A stretch of 63,211 bases of DNA, filler included, from Octopus bimaculoides (lineage: Eukaryota), in NCBI RefSeq assembly GCF_001194135.2. It is 8 parts of 8 records of this genome, joined end to end, with 100 filler letters (N's around TTAATTAATTAA, not from the genome) between each part and the next. Parts side by side here need not be neighbours in the genome. Positions count along the whole stretch, not along the records: positions 1 to 21,188 come from NC_068982.1; positions 21,289 to 24,918 come from NC_068993.1; positions 25,019 to 30,791 come from NC_069010.1; 5 more parts are not named here. The stretch is one strand, 5' to 3'. How positions within the stretch are numbered: the stretch's first letter is position 1; each line of letters begins with the position of its first letter. Positions 12,939-25,283 of the stretch are shown piece after piece. The translations under genes and the position numbers were made by a program. The notes beneath the pieces are model-generated. The model saw only the letters and a list, made by a program, of their open reading frames with translations, was not told the origin of the DNA and ran no database searches.

Positions 12939-14346
12939 CATGGAAAAATGGACATAAAAATGAACGAATGAACAATATACATAATGAGCCTCTGTTCAGC
13001 TTTTGTTAACTAAATTTCATGTATAAGATACTGGTCAACTTGAGGCTGTTGTAGAAAACACTTGCAGAAAGTGTTATACAGTGGGATTAAATCTAGATCA
13101 ATGTGGTTTGGAAATGAATTTTTTTTGTAACCACATAAGCATGCCATTGGAGATATTTTAAAACTAAGCACTAGAGTTGCTTAATGCAGTGAGATTAAAA
13201 GTTGATTAGTAAACTAATCCAATTAGTTTAAACTTTACTACAGATATCATTTTGGGTTTTTCTAGATTAAGAAATGTGTGACTTAGTTATAATTTTTTTA
13301 CTTAATGTTTGGTTGGTTAGAAAGGAGTTGGGGTAGCATATAAAGTAACAAGTTACTCTGAACAATATGGAGAGAGGAGGAGAAGAAGGGGAGATGAAGA
13401 GAGAGAGAGTGGTGGTGTTAGGGAAAAATAAGCTGGCTGAAGGTAATTATTTAGAAAGTATACATTTTCCTTCTATAGTGGTATAGTATGGACAGATTGG
13501 AAGCATTAGCAACCATGCAACATTTCTTTTGACTGGCCACCAACAAAAATATCCTATCATTTTGGTGCCAGGCTATCTGAGTAGATGAATGAAATAGCTC
13601 ATCAGCTGACTGGTCCAAAACAGGTACATTAGCTGATTGCTCAAGAAGTAGTGACTGGTGCCAGCTGGTTTGGGTAGATGAAATTAAACTAAATTTGTAG
13701 ATTTACATTCACATTGCCAGTATGCCAAAAATATCATGAGATAATCTGTCATAATATCTTCCTGGATTGTTATTCACTAAAAAAAATAGCAATTAATTGT
13801 TTCTTTGAAGTGAGAAATGAATAATTTTTGTTTGTGCACAAATCAAGCTAACCATAGTATTTGTGGTTCCAATATAGTTTTCCTGTACACTGACAGAGAA
13901 GCTGGAGTAACTGGGAACTAATGTGGTTTAATGATCACTGAGTGTAATGCTGAGCCTGGTGTCAGATTACTCTCCAAATGAGCTTTTTTTCAGATGGTCG
14001 ATGCTAACAGTCTCCTGTTTTCAGCATACATTAATGACAGAATACTTGGTAGTCATCTTGTAAGATACTTTTGCAGAGTGTCTAAAGCGGTTTCATTTTA
14101 CTTCTTAGTTCCTTTGATTCTAGGAAGAGCACAGATCACTAAAACAGATATAGCCATCCATCTCAATCCTTGACAATGGATTGCAGTTGTCTCCAGTTAC
14201 AGCCACTGGAAATGGTTCAGTTTCTATGGACTTTATGTTTTTGATTTGTTATGCTTCTATCTCTCTTGGATGTCCATTGGAGAGTTTACCTTGTAATGTT
14301 GAAAATAAGTTTCCAGAGGATGTATCCCAGTCAACCCCATTCCTCT

Positions 14347-14481
14347 TATAACACAAATGTGAAGACAGTTCTGCTGTATGCATGTGAAAAATAGCGAATT
14401 ACAAAGTTCACCATTGACAAGCTCCAGATGTTTGTGAATAAATATCTCTGGAACATTCTTCAGATGAGATGGCAAAACAAA
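14347..14481 (+). mobile_element. RTE LINE reverse transcriptase C-terminal remnant
   Basis: YNTNVKTVLLYACEK*RITKFTIDKLQMFVNKYLWNILQMRWQNK matches the RTE motif FN..VKSVLLYGCETW...KLQ.F...CLR.IL.I.W, with one in-frame stop. Confidence 0.8.
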
Positions 14482-14509
14482 CTCACATATAAGTGGAGTG
14501 GCTTTGTTA

Positions 14510-15165
14510 TTTTATTGTAATGAATGAAAACGTGAAGATATTTTATGGAACAGTATCAGATCCATCGGTAGGTGTGTATGCGTTACGTAGTTGGTGAATA
14601 TGGTTGGAAGAGTTCGGTATTGTGAAAGGGTAACTATCTCTCCTGGTAATGTCATATCATACAGAAGTCTCACTGTTATGCCTCCAAATCCATCCTTTAT
14701 CATAGAGTGAATGCAATTGAACCTCACACTGAAATGAAGCAAAGATGTTCTCTAGTTTTTGTTGATATTAGTTCAAATAAAGTTTACTGATATCAACTTC
14801 TTGTGTATATCAGATGGAAGGGTGTGACAGATAACAGAGTGCATTGAAGATTGTGTAATACTGGTTTGTTTAGACTCAAAATGATGTTCATTATCAGTGG
14901 AGATATCACACCAAATATGTCCACCTAAATAAGAAAGAAGCACTTGCTGAAATAACAAAACAGATTATGAATTACATAGCTCCAAGAACTTTTCATCGTT
15001 CCACTGATCACTTGCTATCTGTTCAAAATCAATGGTGGTAGAAGTATCAAATGAATCCATTTGTGTACATAAAAGTGCATCTTCTGCTACATTATCATTT
15101 TTTGGATGTGCCCTGATGTCAATAACTGACTCTGAAATACAGTTGAGGTGAAAGAGCATGCATCA
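14510..15165 (-). mobile_element. Gypsy/Ty3 LTR retrotransposon pol remnant (RNase H end, zinc-binding domain, integrase)
   Basis: DIRAHPKNDNVAEDALL...TIDFEQIASDQWNDEKFLEL resembles the RNase H end DIRHIPGKDNVVADALSR. HIWCDIST...KLISVNFI resembles the integrase N-terminus. Frameshifted. Confidence 0.7.
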
Positions 15166-15213
15166 GAGATTTAAGGTCTGCACAGATGGCAAATGCAGCG
15201 CAGCCATGTAACA

Positions 15214-15262
<49 letters not shown>

Positions 15263-15544
15263 ATCATCATCATCGTTGTTTAACGTACGCTTTCCATGCT
15301 AGCATGGGCTGGACGATTTGACTGAGGACTGGCGAACCAAATGGCTGCACCAGGCCCCAATCTGATTTGCCAGAGTTTCTAGAGCTGGATGCCCTTCCTA
15401 ACGCCAACCACTCAGAGAGTGTAGTGGGTTCTTTTACGTACCACTGGCACGAAGGCCAGTTAGGCAGTACTGGCAACGGCCACGCTCAAAATGGTGTATT
15501 TTATGTGCCTCCGCACAAGAGCCAGTCCAGGGGCACTGGCAATG
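15263..15544 (-). mobile_element. SINE family C, truncated by a gap
   Basis: High similarity to 11118-11468. Confidence 0.8.
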
Positions 15545-15586
15545 NNNNNNNNNNNNNNNNNNNNNNNNNNNNNNNNNNNNNNNNNN

Positions 15587-15626
<40 letters not shown>

Positions 15627-15702
15627 GTTTGTGTATATATATATATATATATATGTTTGTATGTATGTATTTATGTATATATACATATTTGTATATATAT
15701 GT

Positions 15703-15820
15703 GAAGGGGCATGGCCTAGTGGTTCGGGTGTTGCACTCATGATCACTAGATCGTGGGTTCGATTTCCAGATCAGACAGTGCATTGTGTTCTTGAGCAAAA
15801 CATTTCATTTCATATTGCTC
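15703..15820 (+). mobile_element. tRNA-derived SINE head with CORE-like block
   Basis: ggcatggcctagtggtt (A box), gggttcgatttcc (B box), then ttgtgttcttgagcaaaaca. Confidence 0.6.
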
Positions 15821-17149
15821 GGCAAATGGTGGAAGAGTAGAACTGTTGGCATATCAGCGAAAATGTTTTACAGTATATCTTTCAGCTCTCTACATTCTGA
15901 ATTCAAATTCCACCTGCCTGAAGAAAACAATGTGATTTCACTCCAGTATTTCTCCCAAGTCTAGTCATGGATAGCCAAAGTTCCAGTAATCTATTTAATT
16001 GCAAAAGGGGTAAGTACGAGCCCTGTCAGGTCATAGAGAATGTTGGAGAAGGCAGACCACCACTAGACTAGATGTGTATGTATGAAGACAGACAGACATA
16101 TAGACAGACAGAGGAACAGAGCTAGTACATTCTGTTGGATATGCAATTGTCAGTGTGCATATACAACAAAGTGTTAAAGTATTGAGAGAAAAGTTAAGCA
16201 TTGCCAGAATTAAATGTGGTGTGCAAGAGAGATGGATGAGGATAGATGCATAAAGAAGTACTGATCATTTAAAGTGTATAGAACTTGTGAAAGAGGGAGA
16301 TGCAGGAAGACAAGGGATGAAATATTGAAAGCTGATTTCAAGATGCTCAACCTTATGGAAGAGATGACAAAGGATTGACATAAGCATTATGACTAACAAA
16401 GAAAGTGTAGGTTGTTGGATCTTCATACGTCGAAAACTACAGGCGAGTCTATCATATATATATGAAAACACACACACCTCACACACACACACACACAAAA
16501 AAAAAACTACCTCGCTTGGCAACAGGTGAGAGTTGGCGGCAGGAAGGGCATCCGGCTGTAGAAAACTTGCCACACGAATAGCGCTGCGCATATATACACA
16601 TACATACCAGTGTTTAGTTTCCATGTTTCTTTACATCAGAACCATCAGAACAATGGTCCATTTGTTTACACATTCTGTAAATATTAAGTCCCACAACTTT
16701 TTAATTTTCATGTGAAGAGCAACAAAACCTCACTTGAAATAACAAAAGTTGATGACAAGAAGAGAATCAGGCCATAGAATACTACTTCACTAATACACAT
16801 CCAACACATGCCAGCAGGGAAAATGATGTAAAAATGTTGATGACGATGATGGCAATGATGCTATTATGTATTAGTCAGAGTGCTCTCCTCATCTTGATTG
16901 TTGCTTCACAATGTTTCAGTTGTTGTATGCTCCAGCCTTCTTCAGGTGTCTTCTGATTCACCTTAATACCTTGCCTGGGACTGAACTCAAAACCTTTGAG
17001 GTGACTGCACTGCATTAACCAATGCATTTATCTACTATGTTATGCCCATAGGCAGTGTCAGAGTGAATTTTTAAGGCTTAAACCACCTTCATTGATGTTT
17101 TACATCAACTCTATAGCAATTGGATAATACAATTTTGTACTTTTTGAGA

Positions 17150-17323
17150 TGTTGGTGGCACATAAAAAGCACCCGGCACACTCCGCTAAGTGGTTGTCAT
17201 TAGGAAGTGCATCCAGCCATAGAAAGCATGCCACAACAGACAGTTGGAGTCTGGACAGCTTCCTGTGAAACTGTCTAACCCATGCCAACATAGAAAGAGG
17301 ATGCTACAATGATAAGGATGATG
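17150..17323 (+). mobile_element. SINE family C 3' portion
   Basis: aaaaagcacc...ggttgtcattaggaagtgcatccagcc...tctaacccatgccaacatagaaag...gatgatg. Confidence 0.7.
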
Positions 17324-17363
17324 TATGTATGTATGTATGTATGTATGTGTGTATGTATATATA

Positions 17364-17424
<61 letters not shown>

Positions 17425-17568
17425 ATATATATGTATGCGTGTGTATATATATGTGTGTGCGTGTTATATATGTGTGTGTAAATAGAAAATATATATATAT
17501 ATATGTATATGTGTATATATGAGTATGTGTATGTGTGTATACATATATATATATACACACATATATAT

Positions 17569-17639
<71 letters not shown>

Positions 17640-17649
17640 NNNNNNNNNN

Positions 17650-17686
<37 letters not shown>

Positions 17687-17901
17687 TTGTTCAATATCCA
17701 CTCATTTACAATTATTACATGAAATCAAGACAAGGAGACACAAATGCACACACACATGCACATGAACCTGCAAAGCCATATGGCTAAAATGTGAAGTTCT
17801 CAAGAAAACAACCATATCTGTGCCTACACACACACATACACATTAGTAGAGGTACACCAAGGGAAGATGAAAGATGCTAAATTGGTTTAGCAAAAATGGA
17901 C

Positions 17902-17957
<56 letters not shown>

Positions 17958-17968
17958 TNNNNNNNNNN

Positions 17969-18026
<58 letters not shown>

Positions 18027-18365
18027 TCATCCAAAATGATACTAAAACTGAAGGCTATATTAGTAACTATAACATTACAGTCTCATAGTTTGATAAATTA
18101 TAATCATATTCATGATAATTACACTCAGACATTTAAACATTTAATGCAGGGGTCCGTTTTAAGATTAGAATGTCTGCATGTAATTAAACATGTTACAACA
18201 TTTCTAAGCTTCAATGCAGTTTACTGATATTGTATTGAAGTAATTCATTTATCTCATGTGCTTGCTGGCTTGATGTAAAATGTTATGTTTAATAAATAAT
18301 TTCATAAGTAAATGAAGCTTGGTTCTTAAAATTCAGAGACTTTGCATTAAATTCTACTCTTCTTG

Positions 18366-18441
<76 letters not shown>

Positions 18442-19006
18442 CTCTTTCTCACACACACACACACACAGAGATATACATGATAAAAATATAAGTGTATAAA
18501 TGAATGATTGATAATCACATACTCGAAATGTTTGATAGACACACTCACCTGGTTTATAGATTTAGATTCTTTCTTAAAGCTGCCCAGCCAAATGACATGA
18601 AGAAATAGAACTTATTGCTGATGATAAAAACCGACAGGAAGTGTGGTGGAATTCAAAGAGAGAAAGAAATTATTGAACATGTGTCTTGTGTCTTGTGTGT
18701 AGGTGTAGGTGTGGGTGTCGGATATATATCTGTGCGCACGTGCAACTGTCAGTGTGGGTGCAAATATGTGCCAGCATGTGTATGTATGTATGTGTATGTG
18801 CAAATGTATGTCTGTGTATGTGTGTATCCATCCATGTGTGTGTGTGTGTGCATCTATCCACATATATGTGAGAATGTGTTTGTGTGAATGTGTGTGTGTT
18901 TCTGTATGTATGTATGTGGTCTGTGCATGACTGTGTTTTTATGTGTGTATCTGTATCGATATATATATGTCATCATCACTTAAGGTCCAAATTCCATGTT
19001 GTCGTC

Positions 19007-19064
<58 letters not shown>

Positions 19065-19867
19065 CGTGCGTGTGTGTGCCTCCTAGTAGAGAAGATGAAA
19101 GTAAGCAATTAAATGAGATAAACAGAGAATAGATTATATACAAGGATCAGAGTTGATTACATCTTTAAATATTAGATGTTGCCACTGCTGTTGTTGACAT
19201 TCATTATCTATTTCAAGTTTTTAACATTGTTCCTTGAGTGTGTAAATATTGTTCTGTGAGACTGCTGAGGGTTATGCTGTGGGATGTTACTTGTTACTTT
19301 GTGATCTATCACAAAGTAACAACATTCAAACTAAAGTAAGAAAACAACTAAGACAAGAGTCTTTGATGTGACTTCACCTTTAGATTGTAATTTTCACCTT
19401 GATTAGACAAAGAAAAAAACCTGTGCATGGTTGCATGTCCTGCCAGAAATAATAGCCAGATATCCATTAATCATGTTGCAATTTTAAATGAGGAAAGCAC
19501 ACATTAGATAATGAAGTCCCAAACATTCCTAAAAAATTACGGGATTGTCATAGCTGGAATACTTTTTCATTATAGCTCCTCTTGATCAGAGTTAATCTGG
19601 AGTTAAAAAAAAAAACAACTATTTCTGAATAAACCAACAAGGGAGCTTTGCTAGAAATAGCAGCTAGATGTATTTCAAATTACACTCTAGCTTCTTGGAA
19701 AAGGAAGGACACATGAGATATTTTTTGTCCTTAATACAATGTGTCACATTAGTGGCCAAAATAAAAGATTTGTTTAAAAGTACTTTAAAAGCTGATACCA
19801 GACATAGGAACATGTATACATGTGTATATAATATTCTTGGTTACTTGAATAGAATATAAGAACAGGA

Positions 19868-20390
19868 TCATCATCATCATCATTTAGCATCTATTTTCCA
19901 TGCTGGCATGGGTTAGACCAGGGGGTCCGCGGACCACAGGGTGTCCGCAAGGACAAGACAGGGGGCCCGTGGACAGCAAATACTTTTTATGGGCAATTTG
20001 ATTTTATATATGTTTTTTAATTGAAATCTTTTAATTGACAATAAACCTATTTGTTAAATACTGTTAAATAAATAAATGTAAAAATATATGTTATTTTAAG
20101 CAAATATTAAGGTAAAGCCTGAAATATAAAGGGGTCCGCAAGTCAAAAAGTTTGAAAACCCGTGGGTTAGACAGTTTGATTAGAACTGGTAAGCCAGCGA
20201 GCTGCATCAGGTTCCAGTCTGATTTTGGCTCGGTTTGTACAGCTGGATGTCCTTCCTAATGCCAACCACTTCAGGTGGTGTAGTAGGTGCCTTATCCGTG
20301 TCACTAGCACAGGTGCATTTTGAGTGTCATTGGCACAGGTGCATTTTGAGTGTCATTGGCACAGGTGCATCTTAAATGTCATTGACACAA
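19868..20390 (-). mobile_element. SINE family C interrupted by a hAT MITE, with a 26-bp tandem repeat
   Basis: (CAT)n tail at 19868. The family motif resumes at 20173. The unit gcacaggtgcattttgagtgtcattg occurs about 3 times from 20307. Confidence 0.75.
19919..20164 (+). mobile_element. hAT-superfamily MITE with 8-bp TSD
   Basis: Ends CAGGGG...AAAAGTTTGAAAACCCGTG. TSD GGTTAGAC at 19911-19918 and 20165-20172. Confidence 0.85.
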
Positions 20391-20506
20391 GATAAAAATA
20401 AAAGAATAAAAAAAAATAAAAGATAGCAAAAGAAATTAAGCTATACAATTGTAGTGACCTATATTATGACCATTAAGTAAATTTATGGAAAGGTCATTGC
20501 TTAGAT

Positions 20507-20786
20507 CAGGGGTTTTCAAACTTTTTGACTTGCGGACCCCTTTATATTTCAGGCTTTACCTTAGGGACCCCCTTATAAACACTTTATGAAATTTATACAT
20601 AAATATTTGCTTAAAATAATATATATTTTTACATTTATTTATTTAACAGTATTTAACAAATAGGTTTATTGTCAATTAAAAGATTTCGATTAAAAAACAT
20701 ATACAACATCAAATTGCCCATAAAAAGTATTTGCTGTCCACGGACCCCAGTCTTATCCTTGCGGAACCCTGTGGTCCGCGGACCAC
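20507..20786 (-). mobile_element. Second, inverted copy of the same hAT MITE
   Basis: Starts CAGGGGTTTTCAAACTTTTTGACTTGCGGACCCC and is the reverse complement of 19919-20164 with about 40 extra bp. No TSD found. Confidence 0.85.
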
Positions 20787-20929
20787 ATCTTCATTTGATT
20801 ATTTTTTTTTCTATCTCCTTGTATTTCATATTTTTACCTTTATATGTCTACTCATTATGTAAAGGGACTGCAAATCAAAAAATGCAACCGATGCATATAA
20901 ATGCACAGTGTGTCATATATATTTCTCTC

Positions 20930-21147
20930 TTTCTCTTTCACTTGTTTCAGTCATTTGACTGTGACCATGCTGAAGCACCGCCTTTAGTCGAGCAAATCAA
21001 CCCCAGGACTTACTCTTTGGAAGCCTAGTACTTATTCTATCGGTCTCATTGGCCGAACCACTAAGTTACGGGGACGTAAATACACCAGCATCGGTTGTCA
21101 AGCAATGTTGAGGGGACAAACACAGACACACAAACATATACACACAC

Positions 21148-21150
<3 letters not shown>
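20930..21150 (-). mobile_element. SINE family B 3' half
   Basis: cttgtttcagtcatttgactg...tacttattctatcggtctc...ggggacaaacacag, the reverse complement of 31970-32163. Confidence 0.8.
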
Positions 21151-21188
<38 letters not shown>

Positions 21189-21232
21189 NNNNNNNNNNNN
21201 NNNNNNNNNNNNNNNNNNNNNNNNNNNNNNNN

Positions 21233-21244
21233 TTAATTAATTAA
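21233..21244. other. Artificial contig spacer TTAATTAATTAA
   Basis: The same 12-mer sits centred in ~100-bp N gaps at 21233, 24963, 30836, 35909, 47203, 52398 and 61286. It is a palindromic multi-frame stop linker, not biological sequence. Confidence 0.9.
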
Positions 21245-21834
21245 NNNNNNNNNNNNNNNNNNNNNNNNNNNNNNNNNNNNNNNNNNNNTGGTGATGGTGG
21301 TGGAAGTAGTGGGGTGGTGGTAGTGGAGGCGGAGGTGGTAGTGGTGGTGATGGTGATGGTAGTTAAGGTGTTTTGGTGGTTGTAGAGGTAGTGGAGCTGG
21401 TGTGGATGGTTGTGGAGGTAGTGGTGATGTTGGTGATGGTGGTGGAAGTAGTGGGGTGGTGGTAGTGGAGGCGGAGGTGGTAGTGGTGGTGATGGTGGTG
21501 GTAGTGGTGATGGTTGTAGTGGTGGTTGTGGAGGTAGTGGTGGTGGTGGTTGTAGTGATGGTGGTGATGGTTGTTGATGGTGATTGTCATACAGATGGTG
21601 AATGATAGCGGCTTTGTGCGCTGGTGGCGACAGTGGTATGATGGGGGTTTTCGTGGTGGCGATAGTGATGAAGCTGGTGGCGGCGGCGGCGTGGTGATGG
21701 TGCCATGGCGGTGGTGGAAGCGGTGACGATGGTAATTGTAGTGGTTGTACTGGAAATAGTGTTGGTGATGTTGCAGAATGTGGTCGAAGGATTATAGCGG
21801 TGTTAGCAGGGACATTGGCGATCTTATTATTGCT

Positions 21835-21894
<60 letters not shown>

Positions 21895-22313
21895 CTGGTG
21901 GTTGTAGTGGTGGTGGTAGAGATGGTAGTGGTGGTTGTGATAGTAGTAGTAGTTGTTGTGGTGGTAGTAGCAGTAGTAGTAGTAGTGGTGGTGGTTGTCG
22001 TGGTTGAGGTAGTGGTGGTTGTGGTGGTGTGGGTAGTGGTAGTTGAGGTGGTTGAGGTTATGGTGGGGGTAGTAGTAGTAGTGTCGTTGTTGCTTTTCTT
22101 TTTAGCCCCAGCTCAACTACGACTGAACAAAACTATGATCAATGGCGTTCCAGCCGTGACTACCCAAAATGTCTTTCATTTGTTAGTACCGTAACAAGTG
22201 AACGGGACGAACTTTCCGTTATTTCTAACAGGTCCAGCGAACACATAGTGAGGCACCCGTTTGGCAGGTGTCTTGCGAGTGAATTTGTTAGACGGAAACT
22301 GAAAGAAGCCCGT

Positions 22314-22358
<45 letters not shown>

Positions 22359-22379
22359 TACATATATATATATACATAC

Positions 22380-22575
22380 CTTTTGTTACATAATTTCAAT
22401 CTTTGTCTATTAATTCCCTGTTTTGTACAATTTATGTTGTTGCGATCAGAATTTCACCCCTTTTATACATACGAATTTGCCTTGATCGTACCACATTATA
22501 GACATTTTTCTGTTTTAAAACACTGTATCTTGATTGGTTTATGTGGGGTGGCCGAAAACTTTTGCACGACCATGT
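22380..22575 (-). mobile_element. Tc1/mariner-like terminal fragment
   Basis: Minus strand begins GTCGTGCAAAAGTTTTCGGCCACCCC, resembling Tc1-type TIRs. No partner end seen. Confidence 0.35.
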
Positions 22576-22878
22576 TTGGCGATCGTCTCGCATCTTCCAC
22601 TCTCGTCCAGAACCTCTACTACAAAGTATAATGATTAGGTATGGAAATGACCCCAACAGGGCCAATGTTTCATCTGTGAAAAACGCATGGTACTGCATAC
22701 GACGGGCTTCTTTCAGTTTCCGTCAGCCAAATCCACTCACAAAGTGTTTATGCTATGGGACTGAACCCGGAACCATGTGGTCGGAAAGCAAACTTCTTAT
22801 TACACATCCACGCCTGCGCCTATTCATATATACACCCTCGCATATACACACATGCTTATATATGAATATATGCACGCG

Positions 22879-22935
<57 letters not shown>

Positions 22936-23283
22936 ACACATACGGACGCGCGTGTGCGCTCAGATACACATGCATACGCAGAATTGCTATGCGTGATATG
23001 CAGTTGGATGATCTGTGTGTGTGTGCGTGTGTGTGTGAGCACGTGCGTGTATTTGTGTGTGTGCGCGTGTGGTGTATGTTTTGTAGAAAGGGAAGAGAAG
23101 AGAATGAGATCGCTGAAGGATTTGAGGAGTCTATAGGCATGTGCTTATCAGTTAGTTGGTGTATGTGTGTGTACACACATACACACATACACACATATAT
23201 ATATGTATGTGTGTGTGTGTGTGTGTATAAATATATATACATATACATATGTGTTTGTGTGTGTATGCATATGTGTATATATG

Positions 23284-23316
<33 letters not shown>

Positions 23317-23850
23317 ATGACTGTGTAATATCTGAAACAATGGAGCTGTCAAATTAGGTGTGTGTGTGTGTGTTTGTGTGTGTGATGATGAGGGAGAGAA
23401 AGAGAAAGAGAGAGAAACAGAGAAAGAGAGAGAGACAGAGAGACAGAGAGAGAAAGAAAGAGGGAAGTAGCAGAAATGAAAATAATTAAGTCTTGCTTAA
23501 AGTGTTAGTCTTCTTCTTGTTGTTGTTGTTGCTGTTGTTATTAAAGCTGTTTTCGTTAAGCAGTTCGGTCAACAAAGAACTTACGGCACGTAGGGTGGAT
23601 AGCCAATGAAAACAGAGAGAAGCTCACCCACGGTGTTAGCTACCCGGATCTACAATGATTACACAATCTCCGTTAGTTCGTGGATTTGCTGCCGGGAACA
23701 GCATTGTACACTTACTGAACTGGTCTCCTTTCAACACCTACCTATCTGTTCACCGTGGGACGTTAAAGTGTAATGTCCGGCAGAATGAAAAAAAATATAT
23801 ATATATATATAATTATTAAAGTTGAAAAACATCACAAAAATATCACAAAA

Positions 23851-23892
23851 AACTGCTACTCTGAGTTTCACGTTCCCGTTCGTCGAGCAGTT
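23851..23892 (-). ncRNA. Candidate minimal hammerhead ribozyme, variant core, in a Penelope-like repeat
   Basis: Minus strand: AACUGC UCGACGA ACG-GGAA-CGU GAAA CUC-A-GAG UA GCAGUU (stem I 6 bp, stem II 3 bp with GGAA loop, palindromic stem III). Confidence 0.5.
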
Positions 23893-23923
23893 GCGATCAT
23901 CCTTTAATAATAAACTATGTATG

Positions 23924-24891
23924 GATCCAGTTGGTTTGGCTGCTAGCATTTCAAAAACTATAGCTTATCGAAAATTTTAAAATTTGGTACAATATACTTT
24001 TCTAAGCTGAATTGCTAGAGTTATTTCACTTTTTCCAGAAAAATATTTTAAAAAAGTTACAGAGGTTTAAAGTTTGATTATTTTCATCCTGTCAGGATAC
24101 AGGATTTGGACGCTGCCATTTTGTGCGTGTCTGCACATTTTGTCGTCAACATCCTGAATATTGCACGTGTTGCCAATATTTGTAAACAATACGTGTTTTG
24201 TAGTTTGAAGCATTCAATATGGGATAGCACGAACTATTTATCCAAAAAACATTATTTAGCTGTTATTTTTAGCACACCTCACAGACAGAAAGAAACGAAC
24301 AAACAAGTTGTCTTAAGCATTCAATATGCATTTAATGCAAATATGATGAACAACATGTTATATGCGATAAACACATTACAATTTTCCACATGATTTCAAT
24401 ACAGTTTTAACAGAACGATTTGGAAGAATTAGACGAAAGTTCTCCGGTAATTTTCTTTCATGTAAATAAATATTTATGTTAATTCTAAAATTTGACCAGT
24501 TCATTCAAAGCGGAAGTTAAAAATACATTCAATCAATTTCTCGAACAAATTACAATTTTCCTATCTCCAACGCTACATAAATTCACATGCCCAATTGTAA
24601 ACAGATAGGAAAAACAAGTGGTTTCGATATATTTCTCAATGCATGCTTTCTTGCAGACAAAAGAGTTCTCATGTTCCGCTTGTTACTATGGAAACAGACA
24701 TGAATGTGTCTGTGACTTACCATTCACTAAAATTACCCAAAATTTTCAAACTTTAATTGCTAATTCTTTATTTATTGATTTATAACGAAAATGATTTTCA
24801 CTTCATTCATTAGCCAATAAAAATGTATCATTTGATTGAATATGAAATCAATTCGAACAGAATTGATACTGGCAGCCAAACTGACTAGATC
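23924..24891. mobile_element. Non-autonomous DNA transposon with 26-bp imperfect TIRs
   Basis: Left gatccagttggtttggctgctagcat versus reverse complement of right gatctagtcagtttggctgccagtat (21/26 identical). AT-rich interior with no ORF. Confidence 0.6.
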
Positions 24892-25020
24892 TCAAAGTAT
24901 GTATATATATATATATATNNNNNNNNNNNNNNNNNNNNNNNNNNNNNNNNNNNNNNNNNNNNTTAATTAATTAANNNNNNNNNNNNNNNNNNNNNNNNNN
25001 NNNNNNNNNNNNNNNNNNAA

Positions 25021-25180
25021 AAAGTGTATAAGGAACCCTCATGTATAAAGAGCCCCCTAATTTTGGGGGGCTTAAAATTTGGAAAAAAAGGTTTTGTAAG
25101 GGATTATAATACTATCCATGTATAAGAAACTCCCATAATTTTTTAACCTAAATTTTGACAAAAAAGGGTGTATAAACACT
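25021..25180. mobile_element. Decayed pogo/TcMar-like MITE
   Basis: Repeated gtataag..cccc..aatttt subterminal motifs ending aaaaagggtgtataaacac. Confidence 0.4.
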
Positions 25181-25193
25181 TTGTTGTGTAGTG

Positions 25194-25283
25194 GCGCGAA
25201 ATTATAGCCGCCATTGAGGAAGTACTATTCTGCGCATGCGCAGGGGACTTCACCACCGGAAGCCCTTCGAGTGCGCATGCGTA
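25194..25283. promoter_or_regulatory. Housekeeping-type promoter motif cluster (E2F, YY1, ETS, two NRF1)
   Basis: TTTCGCGC (minus, 25194-25201), CAATGGCGGC (minus, 25207-25216), TGCGCATGCGCA (25231-25242), ACCGGAAG (25255-25262) and TGCGCATGCGTA (25272-25283), all within 90 bp. Confidence 0.65.

Noticed and set aside
21289-22090. His-rich and Val-rich ORFs and a duplicated ~70-bp block
   Set aside because: GGT/AGT microsatellite mosaic next to a gap.
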